A stretch of 64,000 nt of DNA, from positions 75,952,001 to 76,016,000 of the forward strand of contig NC_087436.1 in NCBI RefSeq assembly GCF_036321535.1, read 5' to 3'. The DNA comes from Camelus dromedarius (taxonomy: Eukaryota). Of the stretch, positions 53,251 through 64,000 are shown in pieces. Each line of letters begins with the position of its first letter. Positions within the stretch are counted from its first letter, which is position 1. The notes under the pieces are model-generated. The model saw nothing but the letters and a program-made list of their open reading frames with translations. It was not told the origin of the DNA and searched no databases. Made by a program: the position numbers and the translations under genes.

Positions 53251-54850
53251 TATAATCGTTGACTTCTGGAGTCTCATTATTTGTCTTCTTATTAAAATTT
53301 TTGGCTGTAAACTTCTAGTCAGTTCTTCCTTTTGTACCACAAACATTAAGCACCTATTATGTAGAGCTAACAGAACAGAAAAATGAAGTGGATTAGATCT
53401 CTAAGGAGCTCAGTCTTGGGTTTAAGGACGGAAACACATTTCGACTCAGTATTTGTTCAGCAAAAACAACAGCACAACTTGCTCAGGCACTACAATTACT
53501 GATACGTACAATGATGAAGGTAGGGCAAAAACATGACTTTGAAGTAGTTTTTGAATGTTTGGCATAGTGTTTACATTATACGTAATTTATTTTTTTACAC
53601 TTTTGAAACTGGTAACATATTTAACTTGAAAACTGGTTAAGCAATGTATTGCAATCCTTGATTATATCAGAAAGGAGGCTTTGGTATGTTAAAGAGAAAA
53701 CCTATTTACTGCATTTGGTATCAAGATTGCAATATTATGTTATGTATTATTTCACAAACCGGAGTTGAAGCTTGGTGGCTTGTGGCAAGATTCAGTTTAT
53801 TTGCTGTGAATGAACTTTTTTTTTCAGAAGGAGTAACATTTATCAAAAATTATGTGGAAAAATAAGGGCTTTCTTTTTAATAAACGGTACAAAGGAGCAA
53901 AATATCACGAATGAGAAAAGCTCCATAAAAAGAGAAGAGTGTGGCATATACCACTGTTCAAACTCAGTTACAGTTACCTTCTTTAGAGAAGAAGCTATGC
54001 TGCAGTGGCAGCCGTTTATTTTGAATAGCGAATCCCTTTTAAAATAAGCCCCGCCCTAGCGTCATAGGTAAGATGTAGTTAATATTCTCTTACTGAAGGC
54101 ACGAGCTTCTGAGGTTTTATATGTTGCACATTTAAAGATAGTTCACTTTTGCTCCAGATTGTGGGCACTACTGATTTACATGTATGTTCCGTAGTGTTTC
54201 TGATCCCAGGTTTAGAGAGCAAGACTAGAACCTTGGTGGCTAACATCCCCGCCCGCTCAGGACGGAACAGTAACTGTTCACAAGAGACCCCCACCGTGAC
54301 TACGTCTCCCTTGCGAACGTGTTTTCTCAAAGGTAGGTTCGGTTTTGGATCACTTTCACTCTCCTATTCAGGAAGTCTGGTGCAGAATTTCAGGGGACGT
54401 TGGTACACAGCAGCATCTGAACCTCTCTTCAGTATAGGCACGAATACTGTGATAATCCACGTGAAAGACACGCCTGCCCCTCCCGTAACAGCTGAGCTGA
54501 TTTTTCACTGCACGCACTTCGGCAGGGGTGAAGTTACCCAGAATGATGATTACAAGTGAATACCGACCTACTCAGCTCAGCACGTGGCAGGAACCCAGAA
54601 GTGTGGGCTTTGCCCCTTGATGTTTAATGCAGGGCAAAGGATATCTCTAGGTAGGTACCTGCCAAATGGAGAGTTGTACAGCTTTATGCCAGGCAATCAC
54701 AATCTTCAAATCGGTTATTCTGTCCAGGTGGGATGCCATAAGAAGTGACACATATTCCCTGAATCTTCATTCCTGATTCTAAAATATGATTTTGAAGCTG
54801 TTATATTATAAAGAATGACAAGCAGCACTTAATATATTTAGTAAACCCGG

Positions 54851-54856
54851 TTTATT
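54851..54856 (-). terminator. PAQR3: Candidate poly(A) signal of PAQR3
   Basis: TTTATT on + (AATAAA on -), about 2.6 kb beyond the PAQR3 stop. Alternatives lie at 54015, 53796 and 49005. Confidence 0.45.
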
Positions 54857-57452
54857 TACATAATACATATTTTGCCATGCAGCTTACTGAATGCACTCTG
54901 TAGTAACAAAAAAGACAAGCACTATCTTGCTATTTGAAAATGGTTTTATATAGAAAGATAATTCTCTTTAATGAGTTAACTACAAACTTATAAATCACTA
55001 TAGACAATTTAAAACAGCCATGGATAATTTTAAAATGTCCTTGTAAAGTCTGTAGGTAAAGAGCTTTTATAGTTTACACATTGGTAAAATTAAAACCAGT
55101 CTTTTTTAGTACTGCAGCTGAATAGTGTACTTTTAATCTTATTTTAATACATCTATAATAAAGACAAATAACTTAAATATACATTATTATAAGGCTCAGA
55201 TTCATAGGCAATTTTTAAATAGTTATTCTTTAATGTTAACAATGCCTTAAAAATTTTCCCAGTAGTGATGTGCACACAGTAGGTGGTCAATAAATGCTGA
55301 TACACATAAGTGTTTATAGCTGGCAGCAACCCACATTCATTCACTCCCTGCTTAATAATAAGTACATCATAGTAAAGATAAAAATGAGAGAGCTTTCTTA
55401 CAATATTTAATATTTTCATAAAAAGACAAAATGTTTACATGGTATAATTTAATTCTCTCTACAGTAAGACCTGTATGCTTTTTAAATTCAAAAAAGTCTT
55501 AAAGTATGGTCTTTTATCTATTAAGTCAGATGGCAAGTATGAAATACTTCATACACTACAATAAAAAATAGACTAACAATTAAAAGAACATGAAAATGAA
55601 GGTTCAATATGTTTTGATTTTGAGAAGATATATAATAAAAATGGTGCCAGGCCTAAAATAACTAGATGTCTCCTTCACTTTTAAATTAATTATAACTACT
55701 CAGGTGTATTTTGTTTGGCCAAAATGACAAAATTTCTGTTTAAAAGCAATAATATTATATATGCCAATAAGTTATGTTTTAGGGAAAATATATCCTAGTA
55801 TCATTTCACCAAAACCTTCCCTCACTTAGAATATGAATCAAATTTCTGGCCTTATAAGGTAAAAAAGCCATTTTCAAAGTGGTGTCCCATCATAATAATG
55901 GGTGCAATATGGTGCGCCCTTAGCCTCCTAGGGGGGTGTTCTCCTTGCTGAAATACTAGTGTGGGGAACTTATACTCCAAAAACACTACACTGAAAAGAA
56001 ATACAGAATTTTACAGATGCATAAACTGAGGCACATTAAAGAAACATTCTAAATACCAGATGTACAAATGGCATTTGGGGAGTAAGCTTCACCATCGGTC
56101 ACACCTCCTGATTTTCACAACTTCCACTGGTCTGAAGATATACCAGTATTTAGAGCAGCTCATGTCAACCCATTAAGAAACTTGGGTAATATTTTATATT
56201 CCAGTAAACGACATGTTTTTATGAATGGCTGCTTTAAAGGATTTAACTTACACAAATGAAAAGACCAGAGAATAGGAGCACTATGTTGTATGATAGGGCA
56301 GAGGGATCTATTTTTCAAGTATATACAATAAAGAGCAAATTTAAAGTCTCAGGCCCAAATACTAGATAGTATATATCAATTCTGTGAGTTATTAGTACAA
56401 TAACACATGCATAAGCAGAGACAGACTGGAGCACAGGTGAATAATCATGTCATCAAATGGGGCGTCTACATGACTTTGTTCTAAGGCTTAAGGTTCATTC
56501 TGGGGTCGAGACTGAGCCCTCTGGATTCTATGGCCTTGAAAGTAGCACCCATGTGGCTGGGAACCCCCATCATCAGGACATTTAAGACTGCGAACTCAGA
56601 GAGGTGAAAACTCTTCTGCCACAGGAATTTTGGAACCCCAAATCTGCCATCCACTGGCAAGAGTTCAATTATTATATGGAATTAAATAATATTACTTGAA
56701 ATTGAGAAGCTTAAATGGCTAATAACTTGGTTATTAGACCACAGAATTTGTCACCTGGTCACGTAAGCAGTTTTTAATATGATTTTTACCTGATGGGAAA
56801 TGACAATGCAAGTTCTCTTCCTCTTCTCATGCCTCTCTCAACTTAAAGGAGAAGAGATCTGAAGTTTTTGTTCTAGCAAACTGAAAAATCCAATGTCCCT
56901 AGGGAGAGGAGAACCTACAGCTGAAGGAAATGATATCTTAAGTGCCGGATTCTCACAAACCATCAATTTAAAGGCTAGTGATTACTCAAAATCACATCAG
57001 CTTGTGCTAAGCACAGGCTGTTGCAACCCTTGCCTTGATTAGGCACTTAAACTTGATCGTCGACTGTAAATACCTACTATTACAGCAATCACACAGGATG
57101 GCTCCATTTTTTAATGGAGGTGAGCCCTTCCTAAGGAAATTAAGCTGGTGTTCAGTAAAATGAGTACTACTTCTACACTGGCTTCACATCCATTGTTATT
57201 CAGATGTTTCTTACGAATGCCAACTACTTTTCACTTTCTGTACAAGCAGCGAATTAGTAGTTTTAAGGGCCCATGAAGCAGTGACTATTACAGATCCCCA
57301 AGTACATTTTCCCATTTTTAGAAAGTATTACTCATGATATATTAAACCAGAGGGAAGAGGAAAAACCAGTGGGAATCTTAGAAATAGTGGGGCATACAAC
57401 TCCCCGTTATATATTGCTTACAAGTGAATACATCAGGCGGCCATACCTGAGT

Positions 57453-57595
57453 TCACAAATGTGAAACATAGTCAGGACAGGGCTCGCTATGTCTGTACTG
57501 CATGACGTACACTGTGGACTGGTGCCACCAATATAACATCACTACTGCAAGGATGTGCCATATTTGGTGGCTTGACCCGAGGTAGTTTAGTTGTC
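57453..57595 (-). CDS. PAQR3: PAQR3 last coding exon: (G)QLNYLGSSHQIWHILAVVMLYWWHQSTVYVMQYRHSEPCPDYVSHL*
   Basis: ccttccctTCCAG acceptor on the - strand. SHQIWH is the PAQR/CREST HxxxH motif; TGA at 57453-57455. Confidence 0.96.
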
Positions 57596-59559
57596 CTGGA
57601 AGGGAAGGTAGAGAAGAATATTGGTTGTAATATTTTGATATTAAAATAAAAATATATTACCATCTGTGGCTTTGGAAATATGTCTCAGCAGCAAAGAGAC
57701 TTTGGCCATCTCAGAGCACCTGGAGACTGACTGGAGATTAATTCAGACCCAAATGTTTTATAAAGAAAAGATTATATTTGAGTCTGGCTTTAAGGTTTTA
57801 CTCATAAAGTATCCTGGTGAATTTCTGAAATATTATTCCAAATGTCTTTTCAAAATCAAGATTGGGTTAATTTCAGGAATTTGACCTTTTGTCTCCCACG
57901 TCTCAACTTATATACCTGGTGAAGAAAAGACATCACATGAGAGAAACAAAGGAAATTAGTGCTGTAAAGTTGGTCAGGTATGAAGCAGATATACTGCTGT
58001 GTTTGGGTGTAAGTCTGCTGAAAGCACTTTGTATTTTAAGCAGGTGTGTAGAGAGAAAGCTCAAACCCAAATCTTGTGATATCAGACTAATGGAATAATT
58101 GGCAAACTGTAATTAGTAATGGGTTAATTAGCTAAGTCTGATTAATTCATATACAACTTAGGATAACTACTGAATTTCTCTATGTGGTTAAAGTTTAAAT
58201 TCCAAGGAGAGTAAATAACTAACATGGGGAGCGTCTTGAAAAACGACAAAGTAAATAAATAACAAAATACAGAGCTATAGAAATTTAATTGTAAATAACT
58301 TTTTCTTACTCATGGTGCTTCTACATTATGTAATGTAAATATTCTCTAACCATCACTGTCTTTTCTTGCCAAGAATAATAATCAGTACAGTATGGAGATT
58401 TTTAAGTCAATAGAATCCTTTCTGTGTAGGTTCTTACAATTTTTTTGGTGCCATGGGACCCTCTGCCAGCCTAGTGAAGCTCACAGACTCATTTTTAAAA
58501 GCATACAATACTGAGGATTATAAAGAAAACTGATTAATTGTAATAACAAGTATTACAGAGCCAATAAATTCTGTCCATGGACATTTTGGGGATCCTTGAA
58601 CCCATCAAACACCATTGTGATGTTAAATATTTTTAAAAATTTAACCTGAGATGAAGTTGAAGTTTTTTGATTTCACAGTATTCGTCCACCATCCCACCAC
58701 CACTACACATGTTTCTCTTTAGGACCAGGTAATAAATGAGGACTGATCAGACAAGGTTTCTAAGCCATTCATTCATGAACATCTGAGATTTCAATTTATG
58801 GTCTCTGTATCTCCATTGCTTAAATGTACCTATACTTCCACACATTCAGCTACATGGAGCACATTTTATATCAAGTTCACCTTGAGAAAAGTTAAGTTAC
58901 ATAACATTTGACCTTTTATAGGTGTCCTATATTAGACAACTGGGAAGTTTTGATCTGAATTTAAGGCCTAAAAACACTACGGCCATAACTGCGTAATGCA
59001 GAGAACTTCAATTGCTTAATTTTCTACATGTACATGTATCTATGAAGAAGACATTAATAGTTAATAAAGTGATACAAAAATGTATTTTACCAGAACTGTT
59101 TTCTGAGGGAAATTCTGACCCTGCTTGGAGGATGGGTGGTCTTCAATTCAGGGACATGTCCTAGTTATGTTCCTGAATCCTGATGTTTACACTCAGGTTC
59201 TTCTTTGTATTTCATTCTTATTTAAAACTCGGTGGTGAAAAATCAAGTGCACAGAGGAATGCCCGTGGTCTACTCATTCTCTAGTAAGGCTTTCTCATCC
59301 TTTCTTCCTCCCCAACACACGTGACGAGTGCCGTAACCCTCTCTTCGACTCACTGTAGGAGATTCTTACCCCAGGAGGAAGGGGGGACAATTGCAATTTT
59401 TATTTAAACTGCTCCCCTACTTCTGGCCCGAAACTGAAAGACCACTGCTCTATGTCTTGCGTTATTCTGGACTCGAGCCAAAGCTCACCTGGACTTCCGT
59501 CACTCTGTCCCTTACTAAGCCATGTGTTTCACTTACGAATCTGGGGCTAAGGGGTATCA

Positions 59560-59795
59560 TGGTAACAACTGCTAAGATTTACAGAGTGCTCACCACTTGT
59601 GAGGAAGTCAATGTTTCATGCACCTTTTCTCATCTAATCCTCACAATAACCCCTTGAGAGAAAAGGAGTATCACATGTGTCAGATGAGGCGACTGGGCCG
59701 AGAAGTCTTATGTAACTTGTTTAGCCCATGCAGCTGGTAGGCGGCTGCAGGGGACTGGAACCCAAGCCGTCTGGCTCCAGGGCTGAAGCTCCTAA
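59560..59795 (-). mobile_element. MIR SINE
   Basis: tctcatctaatcctcacaataacccc...cagatgaggcgactgggcc...gtaacttgtttagcccatgcagctggtagg...ggaacccaagccgtctggctccag matches MIR. Confidence 0.8.
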
Positions 59796-60479
59796 CGGAG
59801 CAGATACATGTTTTGGAGAACATTATTCACTCTACCCAGTGCCCTCTTAGTTTTTTTCCATCAGAAGATTTCTTTTTTCCCCTCTGGACTGAAGAAGAAA
59901 GGAAATCTGTCCTTAAGTTACTCGCTTGTGTTTATCTGGGTGACATGAGGACCCTTAACTTACATTATTTTCCTCTTAGCACTGGGTGCCAGGAAGCTGA
60001 AAGCCAGATTGGTGAGCTCTATTTCACAGAAACTTGGGACAGATACAGTGTGAGGTGATCCTAAACCTGGCTCTTTTTCAATATCCTCTTACTTTCCTTG
60101 GCTCTTGTTTATTTTATGGGTCTCTGCATATATAAATTAATTTTATGCAAAAGTTGGTATACAAGGAAGTAAATGGTAATTGCTAACCAATATTCCATAA
60201 AAAAGCCATGGCTGGGAGTCAGGAGACTCCCAGCTTTGTCACAAGTTCATAATCATGAAATGGTGGGAACCTAATCTATTGGACTCATACTGTGGCAGTG
60301 AAAGAAAAAGTTTGTGAAAGCCATTTGAAAGTTAAAAGTTTTAGACAACATTTAAGAGTAGAAGAGCCATTCTATAATCAATAATATTGAAAAAATAAAT
60401 AAGTTTTGATGCTCTGAAGCATATACCTCCACCATATATTCAGAATAAAGTTCAGAATCACTAAAAAAGAGACACCTAC

Positions 60480-60570
60480 CTGGAAAGTACCTTTCTGGAA
60501 CTTTGGAAATGTAGAATAGGAAAGCAAGAAGAGCAATCACATACATCACAATCACACGCGGTGCGAAGTC
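60480..60570 (-). CDS. PAQR3: PAQR3 coding exon: DFAPRVIVMYVIALLAFLFYISKVPERYFP(G)
   Basis: ttttcag acceptor and gtaggt donor on the - strand. 91 bp; a transmembrane helix plus the PAQR PERxFPG motif. Confidence 0.96.
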
Positions 60571-62585
60571 CTGAAAAGCAAAACGTATTTTTTCACCGAT
60601 CTCCCTACTGTGAATTCCCAGTTCATTACAAACCTAATCACTTCATCAAATTAAAATTAGAATTCATAGGTGGGATTTAAGTCTTAAATCTGAATTGCTT
60701 TTGTAGATAGTCTCTAATGATAGAAACCTTGCGGTCAAGACCGCAGGGAGCAGTGCACCATCGTGGGGTGGAGAGAGTGCCCTAGAGGTCAGGGCACTAG
60801 AGCAGCTGTAGCTTCAGCATGTGGAGCTCGGAGGGGCACCCAGTGCCACCTACAACACAGGTGCAGGGATGGAAGACATAGGGGATGGACTTACCAGCTG
60901 AAGAAGCAAAGAGACTAAAGAAGAATTTATGGCTGGAGAGGACCCAAGAGGCTCAGCTCAACAATGACATCTGTTCCACCATCCCAAACAAATGGTTCTC
61001 TTAAACACTAACTATATGAAGCAGTCCATCTCACAGCAATCTTGGAAAGCTTTTACCTGCCCTAAGAAAATCAGCCAGCTGTGATTTATACACATTGTTC
61101 CTAATTCCGTTATAAATCTAATTTATAAGAAGCCATTTAATAGAGACAAATTACTTCTCTTCCCTCTACAAATATTTGAGAATTATATGGGTCCCTTGCC
61201 CCAAATCCTACATTCTCAGGCTAATTAACCTCAGATTTCTCAAAATTTCTAGAACACAACTCCACCCTACCTCCCAAGATTAGCTCTTTGGAACATCTTA
61301 TCTTTGGTTAAGTGCCTCTCTATCTTCTTAAAATTAGAGCTTATTGGAGAACTTCTCTGAAAGTGTCCCTTTGCTTCTGCACTGGAATAACCTGTGATAA
61401 TATTAGATTTCCATCTTAGAGGATCACTGTCTTCCTAAGACATATTCTATTTTAAGACTTCTGAATACAAAATTCCCCCCTTTCCCCTTAATTTCTCTAA
61501 AAATCTACTGGCTTTAAGGATCAGGTTCTCTTTTTTTGTCATTATAATCTTAAAAGGATGTGTTTATCTCATCCCCAAATTTCTTTCACTTCTATGTCAA
61601 TAATTCATTTCTGGTTAGGATTAAATCTAGAGTGGCAGTTCCCCATTCTATTTTCTTACTTATTCTAAGGGCATCAAAACTGTCATAAAAATGATGTTTT
61701 CACAGGATCACCGAAGTTACTTTCTCCCAGTTTCCTAATCTTATGACAAAAGCATCACCCTTGTCCTCAAGTTGGCAATGCAGCCAGATCATGTCACTCA
61801 ACTCACCATCCCAGTCTTTTCTTATATGCAAATGTTTTCTACCAAGTTGTTGCCAACTTGATGCAAGTAATATGTAAGCATACTATTAGTCCCTCCTTTC
61901 CTAAAAAAATATAGTTCATTTGAATAAAACCTGCCTTTAAATTCCAATATCCCAAAAGTCCCACTATAACAAGTGTATATGATTTCTGCTAGATTTCTTG
62001 GCATAATTACTTATGTTAAAAATTCTCAAGTTTACTCTCTACCACACACTTAGAGCATCATCATATGAATCTCTAAGAACTTAAGTCTTACTTCTAATCT
62101 CCTTTTCAAGAATGCTGAAGAATTCTCACTGAGGTTCTTCCTAATGTACTCCAACTGTCCCCCTGTAGTACCTCACCGTAATAGTGCTTCTTTCATTTCC
62201 CAATGTATTTCCCTTGCTAGGTGGAATATACTTACATGGCTTCAGCTACCAAGACAGTAAAAATTTTCAAATCACTATCACTGGTCTCAAACTCTGAGCT
62301 AAATTCAGACCCTATCTCCAGCTTTACATCCCGCAGGTAACTCAAACTCAACAGGTCCAAGAAGAAATCCTTCCCAATTCAATTCCTCCTCCTCCACAAA
62401 CTAAACAAACGAATCAACTGCTCTTACTTTCACAGTTGTGTTATCCCTGGCATTATCCCTCACCCAGCTGACAAAGCTGGGAACTTGGGAGTCCTCCTCT
62501 ACAGTAAGGACTTGGATATTTACATGCTAAGGGTTACAGACAGAATTAAGAATGGGTCATTTTACAGAGAACTACATCTCAGAAA

Positions 62586-62720
62586 GGGAGGGTATATAGC
62601 TCAGTGGTGGAGCATGGGCTTAGCATGCCCAAGGTTCTAGGTTCAATCCCCAGTACCTCTGTTAAAAACAAACAAACCTAAATCACCCCCCCACCACAAA
62701 AAGCTTAAAAAAAACCTAAG
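62586..62720 (+). mobile_element. tRNA-derived SINE resembling camelid Vic-1
   Basis: GGGAGGGTATATAGCTCAGTGG (A box 62597-62607) and GGTTCAATCC (B box 62640-62649), then CCAGTACCTC and an A-rich tail. Confidence 0.8.
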
Positions 62721-62774
62721 CTCTTCAAGTAAAAAGAAAAAGAAAAAGAAAAAAATACACACAAAACATGTTTA

Positions 62775-63113
62775 AAACGTGGAATCTATTAAAAAAAAAC
62801 ACAAATGAACTTATTTACAAAACAGACACAGACTCACAGACATAGCAAATAAACTTATGGTTATGGGGAGTGGGGAAAGGGGGTGGGAAGGGATATTTTC
62901 GGAGTTCAGGACTTGAGGATACTATTATGTATAAAATAATTAAACAACAAGTTTATACTGTATAGCACATGGAACTATATTCAATATCTTGCAGTAATCT
63001 ATAATGAAAAAGAATATGAAAATGAATATATGAATGTATATGTATGAATAAAACATTATGCTGTACACCAGAAATTGACACATTATGAACCAACTATACC
63101 TCAACTAAAAAAA
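62775..63113 (+). mobile_element. L1 3'UTR fragment with A-rich tail
   Basis: gtggaatct...caaatgaacttatttacaaaacagacacagactcacagacatag...tatagcacatggaactatattcaatatcttg...gctgtacaccagaaattgacac...aactatacctcaactaaaaaaa. Confidence 0.88.
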
Positions 63114-63406
63114 TTTTTTGTAATGTAAAAACAGAAGTTAAAATAAATTTGATAAAATCTCAAAAAACAAAAGGATCATTTCACAGAGAAATACACCTCA
63201 GAAGAAAACAGCAGACTACTACTATTCATGCAAGGTGTGTTTGTTTATTTCTATGATGTGAAAATTATTGCATCATTCTGCAATTATAAATATGCTCTCA
63301 AATGACAGACCACCCACTTGGCCTTGATTACATTATTACTTTACCAAAGGGAATAAAATTGAAAAAGACCAAAAAATGGGAAAAATATTGACCACACTGA
63401 ACCTAC

Positions 63407-63604
63407 TTGTACAATAGGAGCACCGATTCCTCCATTGAGCCAAACCCAGTGAAGAGTAGGGATCACTCCATATCCGGAAACGGAGCAAAAGATGATGGAA
63501 CGGAGCCTCTGCCACTGCTGTGTGAGGTAACTGGGATGAATCTGCGCGAAGAACACTGCCAGGATCATTGCAAGCACTGTGATCAAGTACACTTGACGCC
63601 AATA
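63407..63604 (-). CDS. PAQR3: PAQR3 coding exon: YWRQVYLITVLAMILAVFFAQIHPSYLTQQWQRLRSIIFCSVSGYGVIPTLHWVWLNGGIGAPIVQ
   Basis: ttccttccag acceptor and gtaggt donor on the - strand. 198 bp, phase 0/0; two hydrophobic helices. Confidence 0.96.
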
Positions 63605-64000
63605 CTGGAAGGAAAGGAAATCACATTTTAATCGTTACCAACAATAATGGGAAGGAAGAGAGTTATTTTTAATTTTGGCTTCTACATTACACACTCCAAG
63701 CTCTATTTATTTGGTATTTTCATTTCCAAACATGATTGCCTTCCTTCCTTACAACAATGTGTGTGGTATACAACCGTGAGGTTTCTTAGGATGATAGGCT
63801 AGATCCCAAAGCGAGCTGACAAAGAACACATCCATTCATACAAAACCATTTCCTAAGTACCTATGATATGCCAGGGGCAACTTAAGTCCTGTAGAAACAA
63901 AGATGACTATGACCTGGGCTCTCTCAGTGGGTAAGCTCATGAGCTATGAGAGAGGCAGACATATAAACAAATGATTATGATCTAATAGTAAGTGCTGTAA

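Noticed and set aside
54149..54559. 136-aa ORF in a mildly CpG-rich patch between the two genes
   Set aside because: It has a non-ATG start, no recognisable domain and no supporting exon structure; likely UTR or intergenic sequence.
62586..62660. Possible tRNA gene (A and B boxes)
   Set aside because: It has no proper acceptor stem and is followed by an A-rich tail within direct repeats, so it is a tRNA-derived SINE.

Overview
Mammalian genomic DNA, AT-rich and mostly intronic, probably from a camelid (a Vic-1-like tRNA-derived SINE is present; no Alu, B1, Bov-tA or PRE-1 copies were recognised). The + strand carries the last ten coding exons of BMP2K (BIKE, a Numb-associated kinase). They splice into one open frame of 871 codons plus stop, from the kinase C-lobe through the Q/H/P-rich region to the long C-terminal tail (stop at 48926). 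The intron-readthrough short-isoform ending SKGHLKAYFASQ* is at 25430-25468. The - strand carries the last three coding exons of PAQR3, convergent with BMP2K. The rest is L1, L2, MIR and MER5 fragments and microsatellites. I found no evidence of a new multi-gene system. The most interesting points are: two GC-AG donors, each with a readthrough stop; an intronic duplicate of one of these donors; a collapsed polyQ/polyH tract; a CpG-rich, GC-shifted terminal exon suggesting biased gene conversion; a SINE-L1 composite between 31-bp direct repeats; and possible antisense 3'UTR overlap of the two genes. Comparisons with human proteins and exon numbering are from memory and need alignment. Repeat boundaries are approximate.
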